64,000 bases of DNA from an uncultured delta proteobacterium (GTDB lineage: Bacteria; Desulfobacterota; Desulfobacteria; Desulfobacterales; Desulfatirhabdiaceae): NCBI GenBank assembly GCA_963789395.1, contig CAWBKP010000013.1, positions 128,001 to 192,000 on the forward strand, in the 5' to 3' direction. Under the pieces are notes generated by a model, which was not told the origin of the DNA, ran no database searches, and was given only the letters and a program-made list of their open reading frames with translations. Below, in pieces: positions 40,708-49,270 of this stretch (position 1 is its first letter; each line of letters begins with the position of its first letter). Made by a program: the position numbers and the translations under genes.

Positions 40708-40887
40708 TTAAGCAGATAGCCAGTCTCTGTTTCCTTTTTTCTGGAGAAACCAGATCGGGCAGGCGGATCGGAATTTGCAGTAAATCTCCGCATCCTGACA
40801 CTGCAGGCACTCTTCGCACAGGGCGATCTCATGTTTCATGCACCGGTAGCGGGTTTCTCTGCCTGAATGATTGATACACGTATCCAC
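40708..40887 (-). CDS. 59-aa Cys/His-rich small protein (zinc-finger-like), absent from the ORF track
   Basis: AGGAG RBS and GTG start give MDTCINHSGRETRYRCMKHEIALCEECLQCQDAEIYCKFRSACPIWFLQKKGNRDWLSA. Confidence 0.75.
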   Translation of the reverse strand: MDTCINHSGRETRYRCMKHEIALCEECLQCQDAEIYCKFRSACPIWFLQKKGNRDWLSA

Positions 40888-40925
40888 AAATATTCTCCTG
40901 TTTCCATGTCCCCTGGAAAAGCCTT

Positions 40926-42491
40926 ATGCACACCAAGCTGTCCCTTTATGTTGATCCGGATGATATCGATTCTCCTCAGGTAATCCGTGATCTTGTTCGA
41001 AAACAGCTGAATCTGCCTGCCGATACGGACCCGGGGTATGTGATCCGCCGCAGATCCATTGACGCCAGAAAAAAGCGGCCCCGGTTTTTACTGGATATTG
41101 AGGTGTTCTCTCCGGAAACGTTACAAAATATAACGCCGTTTCAGTTAAATTTCAAACCCGTATCCCCGGATTACCGGGTGGTGATTGTCGGGGCCGGGCC
41201 GGCCGGATATTTTGCGGCCCTGGAGCTTCTGGGGCAGGGTATCCGGCCGATTCTTCTGGAAAGGGGAAAGGATGTCACGTCCCGGCGCAAGGACATTCAG
41301 CAGCTTCATGGCAAGGGCATTGTCAACCCGCACTCCAATTACTGTTTTGGCGAGGGCGGCGCCGGCGCGTATTCGGACGGCAAACTCTATACCCGCTCCC
41401 ATAAGCGGGGGAATATCGGCAAGATACTCTCCCTGCTGGTCATGCATGGGGCTCCGGAAGACATTCTGATAGACGCCCATCCCCATATCGGCTCCAACCG
41501 GCTGCCGCGCGTGGTCAAGTCCATTCGGGAAACCATCCTGTCCCATGGCGGCGAAATCCACTTTGATTCCTGGGTAACGGACTTGATTATTGAAGGCGGC
41601 AGGGCTGCGGGAGTCTGGGTGGAAGGAAAAGGAAAATGCCACGCTGATGCCGTGATTCTGGCAACCGGCCATTCCGCCCGCGATATTTTCGAGCTGCTGA
41701 ACCGCAACAACATCGTAATTGAACCCAAGCCCTTTGCGCTCGGGGTTCGGGTGGAACATCCCCAGGAGCTCATAGACCGAATTCAGTACCATCACAGCCC
41801 GAGACACCCGAAATTGCCGGCTGCCAGCTACCGGTTGGTCGAACAGATTGAGGGCAGGGGCGTGTTTTCGTTCTGCATGTGTCCGGGCGGGTTCATCGTG
41901 CCGGCATCCACAGCGCCTGGCGAGCTGGTCATCAACGGGATGAGTCTTTCCGCACGGGATGCCCCGTTTTCCAATTCGGGTGTTGTGGTGGAAGTCCGCC
42001 TTGAGGATATCGGCGCGGCACCTGAAAGCGGGCCGCTGGCAGCGATGGATTTTCAGAAAAAGCTGGAGCAGTTGGCGTTTCAGGCCGGCGGCAAGGGACT
42101 GCTGGCGCCGGCTCAGCGCATGACGGATTTTGCTGCAGGAAAGCTGTCGCCTGTTCTGCCGAAAACCTCGTATAAACCCGGCATCATCTCCGCGCCGGTG
42201 CACGAGCTGTTTCCGGAAGGCATCCGCAGGCGGCTGCAGGCGGCCTTACAGGCCTTTGACGCAAAAATGAAAGGGTATTTCACAGAAGAAGCGATCGTTC
42301 TTGCCATTGAATCCCGAACCAGCTCTCCGGTCAGGATCCCGCGGGATGAAACCACCCTGATGCACCCGCAGGTCGAGAACTTATACCCCTGCTCGGAAGG
42401 TGCCGGCTATGCCGGCGGAATCGTGTCGGCGGCCCTCGACGGCCAGCGGGTTGCCCGCCGGATCATCGACGCACGAAATTCGATAATCTAA
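40926..42491 (+). CDS. NAD(P)/FAD-dependent oxidoreductase (COG2509-like)
   Basis: VGAGPAG, FGEGGAGAYSDGKL, PHIGS, FCMCPGG, ESRTSSP, EGAGYAGGI. Confidence 0.9.
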   Translation: MHTKLSLYVDPDDIDSPQVIRDLVRKQLNLPADTDPGYVIRRRSIDARKKRPRFLLDIEVFSPETLQNITPFQLNFKPVSPDYRVVIVGAGPAGYFAALELLGQGIRPILLERGKDVTSRRKDIQQLHGKGIVNPHSNYCFGEGGAGAYSDGKLYTRSHKRGNIGKILSLLVMHGAPEDILIDAHPHIGSNRLPRVVKSIRETILSHGGEIHFDSWVTDLIIEGGRAAGVWVEGKGKCHADAVILATGHSARDIFELLNRNNIVIEPKPFALGVRVEHPQELIDRIQYHHSPRHPKLPAASYRLVEQIEGRGVFSFCMCPGGFIVPASTAPGELVINGMSLSARDAPFSNSGVVVEVRLEDIGAAPESGPLAAMDFQKKLEQLAFQAGGKGLLAPAQRMTDFAAGKLSPVLPKTSYKPGIISAPVHELFPEGIRRRLQAALQAFDAKMKGYFTEEAIVLAIESRTSSPVRIPRDETTLMHPQVENLYPCSEGAGYAGGIVSAALDGQRVARRIIDARNSII

Positions 42492-42539
42492 TCAAAACCA
42501 GAAAAGAGAGCCGCTTGCAATAGTTCTGCTGTTCGTTAT

Positions 42540-42635
42540 AATGCACAAAACGGAGTGTTTTCAAAACGGATGGGTTTGGTCGTTTTGATATTGGAATTTT
42601 GAATTTGTTTCGGATTTCGATTCATTCGGATTTAT
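42540..42635. repeat. Partial second copy of the heptamer-rich element
   Basis: TTTTGATATTGGAATTTTGAATTTGTTTCGGATTTC is identical to 38154-38189. Confidence 0.7.
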
Positions 42636-42676
42636 CTGCGCGGAACATCCCTTCGGTCATCACTTCACTTCAGCCT

Positions 42677-43795
42677 TCAACCTGTCTTATAATACCTGGC
42701 CAGCCACTCCTTGCGGAATGCCGCGAAGCGATGATCCGAAATGGCCTGCCGCATGTCCTTCATCAGATCCTGATACAGCGTCAGGTTGTGGATGGTGGCA
42801 AGGGTTTCGGCCAGGGGGTCCCGGGTAAAAAACAGGTACCGGAGCACCATGCGGGAATAGGTCCGGCAGGTGTAGCACGAACAATGGGTATCGATCGGAT
42901 ATTTGTCCTTGCGAAAGGTCTTGTCCATGATCCTGAGTTTTCCCAGACGGGTAAAAAACGTTCCCTGCCTGGCATACCGGGTGGGAATCACGCAGTCGAA
43001 CATGTCCATCCCAAGCGATACTGCCGCCAGAAGGTCTTCGGGAAGACCGACGCCCATCAGATATCGGGGAAGGAGCTCCGGCAGAAGCGGGGCTGCGTGC
43101 CTGACAACCGTCTGCATCAGATCAAAACCCTCTCCGACGCTGACGCCGCCGATGGCAAAACCGTCAAAGGGGATGGCGGTGATTTCTCTGGCGCTCATTT
43201 CCCGAAGATGCGGATACACCCCGCCCTGTACAATGCCGAACAGAAACTGATGGGGCTGAAGGGCAACCTCCCTGCACCGTGCGGCCCACCTCGTCGTGCG
43301 CTTCAAGGATGATTCCACATATGCCTCGGAAGCCGGATATTCCACGCATTCGTCAAAGGCCATGACAATGTCGGCCCCCAGATCCCGCTGGATTTCCATG
43401 GATCGCTCCGGGCCAAGAAACAGCCGCTCCCCGTTTTCCTCGTAGGCAAAGCTGACGCCTGCTTCGGTAATTTCTTTCTGGGGCAGGGAAAAAACCTGAA
43501 ATCCGCCGGAGTCGGTCAGGATGGTCTGTTTCCATCCCATGAAGCGGTGCAGCCCGCCCATGCGCTGGACAGTCGCCAGGCGCTCGCTGAGCGACAGATG
43601 GTACGTATTGGCCAGAACCACCTGTGCCCCGGTTTCGGCGACGTCTTTCGGCATGGTGGAGCGCACAAAACCGGCCGTTCCCACCGGCATGAACGCCGGG
43701 GTCTGGACCGTTCCGTGATCGGTGGTAAACTCAGCCCGTCTGGCTCCGCAGGGATCAACGGTGTGAAGATTAAACTGAATGTCTTTTAACGGCAT
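42677..43795 (-). CDS. tgt: tRNA-guanine transglycosylase
   Basis: TPAFMPVGT, LANTYHL, DSGGFQ, FDEC, GIVQGG, YLMGVG, DCVIPTR, CSCYTC...HNL. Confidence 0.93.
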   Translation of the reverse strand: MPLKDIQFNLHTVDPCGARRAEFTTDHGTVQTPAFMPVGTAGFVRSTMPKDVAETGAQVVLANTYHLSLSERLATVQRMGGLHRFMGWKQTILTDSGGFQVFSLPQKEITEAGVSFAYEENGERLFLGPERSMEIQRDLGADIVMAFDECVEYPASEAYVESSLKRTTRWAARCREVALQPHQFLFGIVQGGVYPHLREMSAREITAIPFDGFAIGGVSVGEGFDLMQTVVRHAAPLLPELLPRYLMGVGLPEDLLAAVSLGMDMFDCVIPTRYARQGTFFTRLGKLRIMDKTFRKDKYPIDTHCSCYTCRTYSRMVLRYLFFTRDPLAETLATIHNLTLYQDLMKDMRQAISDHRFAAFRKEWLARYYKTG

Positions 43796-44289
43796 GTAAG
43801 GTCTTTCAAATAAATGATTTTATCATCACCATCAGCATAAAAATCTTTCAGAATGGCCTCTGTCCGATACGCGCAGGCACGATAAAACCGGTGGGTCGGT
43901 GCATATGGTTTCCGGGAGGAGGTTTCAACGTAAATTCGCCGGCCTTTCATTTCCTGAATCCGCAATTCCGTCAGTTGCATCAGACGCCTGCCGATACCTG
44001 ATCCCTGAAGGCCTTTATTGACGGCAATCCAGTAAAGGTCAAACCGTCCCTGAGTGAGCGGAATGGGGCCAAAACAAGTATATCCTATAACATTGCCGTC
44101 GGTTTCCGCAAACAGGAAATCATAGCCGCTGGACGGTCCCCTGGCCAGTCTTTCCTCGGCAAGTTCCCGTGCAACCGCGGTTTCCTCTGGATAAAAAATA
44201 TCGCAGGATTCGGTCAGGTGAAAAATATTGTCAGGGTCTGAGATCTGAACGGTTTCCCGAAAGGTAACATTCAGGGCTTGCTTATGCAT
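43786..44289 (-). CDS. GNAT acetyltransferase
   Basis: GYTCFGP, DLYWIAV..LQGSGIG, VETSS...Y..T..FY...Y. Overlaps both neighbours. Confidence 0.88.
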   Translation of the reverse strand: MHKQALNVTFRETVQISDPDNIFHLTESCDIFYPEETAVARELAEERLARGPSSGYDFLFAETDGNVIGYTCFGPIPLTQGRFDLYWIAVNKGLQGSGIGRRLMQLTELRIQEMKGRRIYVETSSRKPYAPTHRFYRACAYRTEAILKDFYADGDDKIIYLKDLTCR

Positions 44290-45334
44290 TGATGGCGATT
44301 TTCCAAGACTGTTCGTCGGATTCGGAGTGCAGCCGGTCCGTGATATGGGCCATCGGCTCATGAATGATGCGCGCGATGATGTGGTTAAAGGTCAAATCCG
44401 CTTTGTCGGCTGCGGCTACAAATCCACTGTCCGGCGCAATACAGGGGTTGGTGTTGACTTCCAGGACCCAGGGATTGCCGCTTTCATCCACCCGGAAATC
44501 CACGCGGGCATACCCTTTTAAGTTAAACAGCTTCCAGCATTCTCTGGCAATTTTATTCATCCTGTCCAGAAGCGGCCTGTCCTGATCCGGAAAATCAAAT
44601 GAACGAAGTGTATTTTGATATTCAAACGACTCCGATTCCCATTTGGCCTTGTAATCTACGATTCGATGTCTGTCCTTGGGAAAGTTGTCAAATCTGATTT
44701 CAGCGGGTGGCAGCACTTGGGGGATGCCATTCCCGTTTTTTGACAGAAGGGAAAGGTTGAATTCCCGGCCTTCAATATATGCTTCGGCAAAACAGGCTCC
44801 GCCCAGCTGGTCTTTGCGGCGGTCCATCTCTTGAAGGAGCTGGTCGTGGGTTTTGGGGAATACCACGGAATCATATCCAATTCCTACAGAACCATGTTCC
44901 CATACGGACTTGATGATGCCGGGGCTGCACAGGGGCGATTTGTGCTGCCTGGCTTTTTCCGGGGTCACAAAAAAAGGAGTCGGAATACGCGCTCCCCTCA
45001 GCATCTGTTTGGCCAGAACCTTGTTGGATGTGGTATAAATGGCATCGGTGCCGGCGCCGGTGTAGGCGATATTCATGGCATCCAGTATGGACGGGGCCAG
45101 GTGAATCAGCCGGCCCCGGCCGTCAATGGACTCCACGAGATTAAATACCAGCGCCGGATTGATTTCGGTGATTTTGCCAAGGGTTTCTTTAATATCCAGG
45201 GAAAAACTGACAGGGACCGGGTCATGATTCAGCTCTGAGAGCGCCTGGGAAACGGATTCGACCTGTATCAGACCATCCTGCTCATCTATTGAGGTATTCT
45301 CGGACAGGTTGCCATACAAAACAGCAATTCTCAT
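44282..45334 (-). CDS. D-Ala-D-Ala ligase-like ATP-grasp enzyme
   Basis: VFNLVES, YTG, IIKSVWEHGSVGI, EAYIEGREFN, DYKAKW, YARVDFR, LEVNTNP. Lacks the canonical Ddl GG.S.EH and LHG..GEDG motifs. Confidence 0.85.
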   Translation of the reverse strand: MRIAVLYGNLSENTSIDEQDGLIQVESVSQALSELNHDPVPVSFSLDIKETLGKITEINPALVFNLVESIDGRGRLIHLAPSILDAMNIAYTGAGTDAIYTTSNKVLAKQMLRGARIPTPFFVTPEKARQHKSPLCSPGIIKSVWEHGSVGIGYDSVVFPKTHDQLLQEMDRRKDQLGGACFAEAYIEGREFNLSLLSKNGNGIPQVLPPAEIRFDNFPKDRHRIVDYKAKWESESFEYQNTLRSFDFPDQDRPLLDRMNKIARECWKLFNLKGYARVDFRVDESGNPWVLEVNTNPCIAPDSGFVAAADKADLTFNHIIARIIHEPMAHITDRLHSESDEQSWKIAINA

Positions 45335-45421
45335 TGGCGGTTTCCTATATAAAACCAATCAGACCAAAAGGTCTATTGGCCGGGTTGAAGTCGAATATGT
45401 CTGAATAACACAGAATGGATA

Positions 45422-45718
45422 TCAGCACTGCGGCGGACCGGAAAAGGAATGCCGCGGAAAAACCGTCAGGACATTACCGGCCGAACCGCGCAGGGCAATA
45501 TTGACGACTTGTCCCTGCCGACTGATTGCAGTAGGATCGGTAGCAGAATAAAATGGATTTTGCTGGATGAATTTTGATACGCTTGAAAGGCAAAAGGAAG
45601 GAGATTCCATGCAAACGCATGGGCATGCAATAAAATCATGCCGCTTTCCCAGGCTTGGAGGCTCGTTGTCTTCTTCGACTTCAAGCGGTTCCAGTGGAAC
45701 GAAAACCGGATGTATCAT
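45422..45718 (-). CDS. Hypothetical 98-aa protein with acidic EEDNEPPS and terminal SGPP motifs
   Basis: AGAGGA RBS 9 nt upstream. Same strand as efp and the ATP-grasp gene, and lies between them. Confidence 0.5.
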   Translation of the reverse strand: MIHPVFVPLEPLEVEEDNEPPSLGKRHDFIACPCVCMESPSFCLSSVSKFIQQNPFYSATDPTAISRQGQVVNIALRGSAGNVLTVFPRHSFSGPPQC

Positions 45719-46225
45719 GTCAAGATTTCCTCTGTCGATAAAATGGGGAGTGATGGGCCGTCATCGTGCTGTCAGAAACAACGTCCCTGGCAAACTTTTA
45801 CAAGGAAAAACTTCACGCAGTTGATTGGAACTGATTGAAAATAAAGAGTTTATGACAATTCATGCCTGAAGATATATTATTTCAACATGCGGTGCACTAT
45901 AACGAAAAAATGTATAAGTGCAACAAAAATATTCCGGATTTAACATATTCCTTTTTGGTATTGTACGGAATCGTGTTACCCAGGTGTGATGTCGTATCTG
46001 AACAGAAATGCTGTTTCGTGTTAGGCAGCTGCATGCCGCCATTCGCCCGTCGAGGGAAACCTGCGATATGCGACGTGCTCGGAGGATTTTGAAGCGGTGG
46101 TTTCCAAAGAGAACATGTATCGTTAAAAACAGGGCCTTCGCAGGGATGGTGCTGTCTTGTCCGCGGTTCCGTGCCTTCATCCAGGACCCTGTTTTCAACG
46201 GTTCTATGGTATATAGGATGGTTTG

Positions 46226-46786
46226 TTATTTGACCCGTTCCACATATTGACCGGTTCGCGTGTCGATCCGAACGACTTCGCCTTCCTCGACAAATGGTGG
46301 AATCTGAAGCTCATAACCGGTTTCAAGGGTTGCCGGCTTGCTGTCGCCCGAAGCTGTATCGCCTTTTGCCCAGGGATCGGCCCGGATGATTTTCAGCTCC
46401 ACAAAAATCGGCAGGGTCACGCCAATGGCTCTTTCCTGAAAAAACAAAACGTTGCACAGGGTATTTTCCTTTAATAATTGGACGCCTTCACCCACCTGCT
46501 CGGCGGTTAAATATTCCTGTTCGTAATTCTTGGTGTTCATGAAACAATACCGGTCGCCTTCGGCATACAGGTATTCCATTTCGATCTCTTCCATCTGCGC
46601 TTCGTTGAATTTTTCACCGGATCGGTATGTCCTGTCAAACTGCGCGCCGGTCAGCATGTTTTTCAGCCGGCACTTGTACAGGGCCTGGCCTTTACCGGGC
46701 TTGACGAATTCAAACTGCGTCAGAATATAGGGTGCCCCGTCAATCTCAATTTTAAGACCTTTTCTCAGGTCAGCACTTTCGAGCAT
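46226..46786 (-). CDS. efp: Elongation factor P
   Basis: DLRKGLKI, FVKPGKGQA (modified Lys), GDTASG..KPATLETG, IDTRTGQYVER. Confidence 0.97.
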   Translation of the reverse strand: MLESADLRKGLKIEIDGAPYILTQFEFVKPGKGQALYKCRLKNMLTGAQFDRTYRSGEKFNEAQMEEIEMEYLYAEGDRYCFMNTKNYEQEYLTAEQVGEGVQLLKENTLCNVLFFQERAIGVTLPIFVELKIIRADPWAKGDTASGDSKPATLETGYELQIPPFVEEGEVVRIDTRTGQYVERVK

Positions 46787-46806
46787 GGTATAAAAAATCC
46801 TCCTGG

Positions 46807-47575
46807 TTAAGTAGTCGCAGCCTGTCTGGCTGCCGCGACAAGGCGCTTGACCTTGTTCATATCCTTCTGAAAGCGAATCGGCCGGCCCTGCTGATCACAG
46901 GCATTGGTGCCGGTACAACTGTCCACGCCGGCGGGGCGAACCTGCCGGATTCCTGCGGCGACATTATCCGGTGTGATGCCGCCGGCCAATATGACCGGAA
47001 TTCTGCAGGCGGTAACCAGATCCCTTGCCAGACTCCCAGTCGCATGTCACGCCGGTAATGCCGATAAACCCGTTGACCGGTTGCGTTTCCGCCGCCTGGC
47101 TGAGCGCCGGAAGATCTTTTGGCGCCATCAGGGTATCGGTCAGGAAATAATCGCTGACAGGTTCAAACAACCTGGCAACATCCAGCACCGAATATCCGTC
47201 AGGGTAGAAAGCTTGCGGAATCGGAAGGGTCCGCATCACATCGGTTTGTGAAAAAGTTTCCTTGACAATCCGCTGCTGGTGAAGCAGCCTTTCAAAGTCA
47301 GCCGGCTGTTGGATCCTGTCGGGAAGCATTTCGCAAAAATGAATAATATCCGGTTGATAATATTCAATTGTCCGGCAGATGATATCTAAATTGCTGAACA
47401 GCGGAATCAGGCTGCTGCGAGCGCCTAGTTCGGCAACTGTCCGAATTGTATCCTTTAAAACAGGATTCTTCCAGTTGTCGGTGCTGAGGATGACACTGCC
47501 GATATGATCAACTCCCAGTGAAATCAGCTGGTCGGCTTCATTTTGCGTTTGAACTTCATATACCTGAATGATCAT
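46807..47575 (-). CDS. Phosphoribosylanthranilate isomerase-like (TrpF-fold) protein, with apparent frameshift near 47033
   Basis: MIIQVYE..GVDHIG, FLTDT, IGITG.TCDW joins LARDLV...PVILAGGITPDNV...RPAGVDSCT. Confidence 0.75.
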
Positions 47576-47733
47576 CTTGAAGGCAGTCTGACCTGAAAAA
47601 GCAAAATAAGTGGTTGACCATGAGCTGGACACGGCTGACGCGGTAAAATACCATTGACTTTTTACCCTGTGTCTAACATATTCGGAAATGATTCGCAAAT
47701 TGTTAATCCAAATATGCTGCATAAGGAACTTTC

Positions 47734-49263
47734 ATGATTCTCATCATTGATTTTGGTTCTCAATACAACCAGCTCATTGCCCGGCGCGTTCGTGAATGTC
47801 ATGTATACTGCCGGGTAGAGCCGCCGACACTGGATATCGATCGCATCCGCTCGCTCAACCCCGAAGGTATTATTTTGTCCGGCGGACCTTCCAGTATTTA
47901 TGAAAAAGGAAGCCCTGCAGTGGATGCCGCCATTCTCACGCTGGGGATTCCGGTTCTGGGGATTTGTTACGGCATGCAGTTCATGGTGCATGCTTTGGGG
48001 GGAAAAGTAGCGCACGCTGAAAAACGGGAATACGGTTTTGCAGAACTGAGTATTCAAGCTTCTGATGGGATATTTCATGATGTTGAAGCCCATACCCGCT
48101 GCTGGATGAGTCATGGGGATTCCATCGTGAGCCTTCCGGACGGATTTAATATTACCGCCTCAACCCCCAACACGCCCATTGCGGCCATGGTACATCGTGA
48201 AAAACGATTTTACGGGCTTCAGTTTCATCCTGAAGTCGAGCACACCCCCATGGGCAAAACCATGCTTGCCAATTTCCTGTTCAGGATATGCGGATGCAAG
48301 AAAAGCTGGACCATGAAATCTTTTGCCAGAGATGCCGTTGAACAGATCCGTGAGACGGTTCAGGACAAAAAAGTCATCCTTGGCCTCAGCGGCGGTGTGG
48401 ATTCATCTGTCACCGCCTTGTTGATTCACAAGGCCATTGGCAAAAACCTGACCTGTATTTTTGTGGATAACGGACTGCTCAGAAAAAACGAAGGGGAAAA
48501 ACTCAAGGTCATTCTGAAACAGAATCTGGATATCAATATCCGTTTCATTAATGCAAAAAACAAGTTTTTGACCCCGCTTGCCGGGATTACCGAGCCTGAG
48601 AAGAAACGGAAAATCATCGGCAAAGTCTTCATGGATGTCTTTGAAGCCGAAGCTGCAAAAATCAGGGGCGCCGAATTTCTGGCCCAGGGAACCCTGTATC
48701 CTGATGTGATTGAATCCCAGTCAGCCTTTGGCGGTCCTTCATCCGTGATCAAATCCCATCATAATGTAGGCGGTCTGCCCAAAAATATGAAATTGAAACT
48801 GGTTGAGCCGCTGCGATATCTGTTCAAGGATGAAGCCCGTGCATTGGGAGCTGAAATCGGTCTGCCGGATGAGATGATCTGGCGCCAGCCTTTTCCGGGA
48901 CCCGGGCTTGCAATTCGGGTGATCGGGGAAATCACGCCCAAACGGCTTTTGATTTTGCGGGAAGCAGACGACCTTTTGCTTGAAGAAATCAAGAAGGCTG
49001 GTTATTATAAAAAGTTATGGCAATCTTTTGCAGTGTTGCTGCCGATTAAAAGCGTCGGGGTGATGGGAGATAAGCGCACGTATGAAAACATCATTGCGAT
49101 TCGGGCGGTTACCAGCCAGGATGCCATGACCGCGGACTGGGCAAAACTGCCCCATCAGCTACTGGGAACCATATCCAACAAAATCATCAATCAGGTTAAA
49201 GGGGTAAACCGGGTGGTCTATGACATCAGCTCAAAACCGCCGGGTACGATCGAGTGGGAATAA
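47734..49263 (+). CDS. guaA: GMP synthase (glutamine-hydrolysing)
   Basis: DFGSQY, GICYGMQ, QFHPEV, SGGVDS, IKSHHNVGG, SKPPGTIEWE. Confidence 0.98.
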   Translation: MILIIDFGSQYNQLIARRVRECHVYCRVEPPTLDIDRIRSLNPEGIILSGGPSSIYEKGSPAVDAAILTLGIPVLGICYGMQFMVHALGGKVAHAEKREYGFAELSIQASDGIFHDVEAHTRCWMSHGDSIVSLPDGFNITASTPNTPIAAMVHREKRFYGLQFHPEVEHTPMGKTMLANFLFRICGCKKSWTMKSFARDAVEQIRETVQDKKVILGLSGGVDSSVTALLIHKAIGKNLTCIFVDNGLLRKNEGEKLKVILKQNLDINIRFINAKNKFLTPLAGITEPEKKRKIIGKVFMDVFEAEAAKIRGAEFLAQGTLYPDVIESQSAFGGPSSVIKSHHNVGGLPKNMKLKLVEPLRYLFKDEARALGAEIGLPDEMIWRQPFPGPGLAIRVIGEITPKRLLILREADDLLLEEIKKAGYYKKLWQSFAVLLPIKSVGVMGDKRTYENIIAIRAVTSQDAMTADWAKLPHQLLGTISNKIINQVKGVNRVVYDISSKPPGTIEWE

Positions 49264-49270
49264 CAGATCC

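Noticed and set aside
44282..45334. Housekeeping ddl call
   Set aside because: Canonical Ddl N-terminal motifs are missing and there is no cell-wall gene context, so the gene symbol is withheld.
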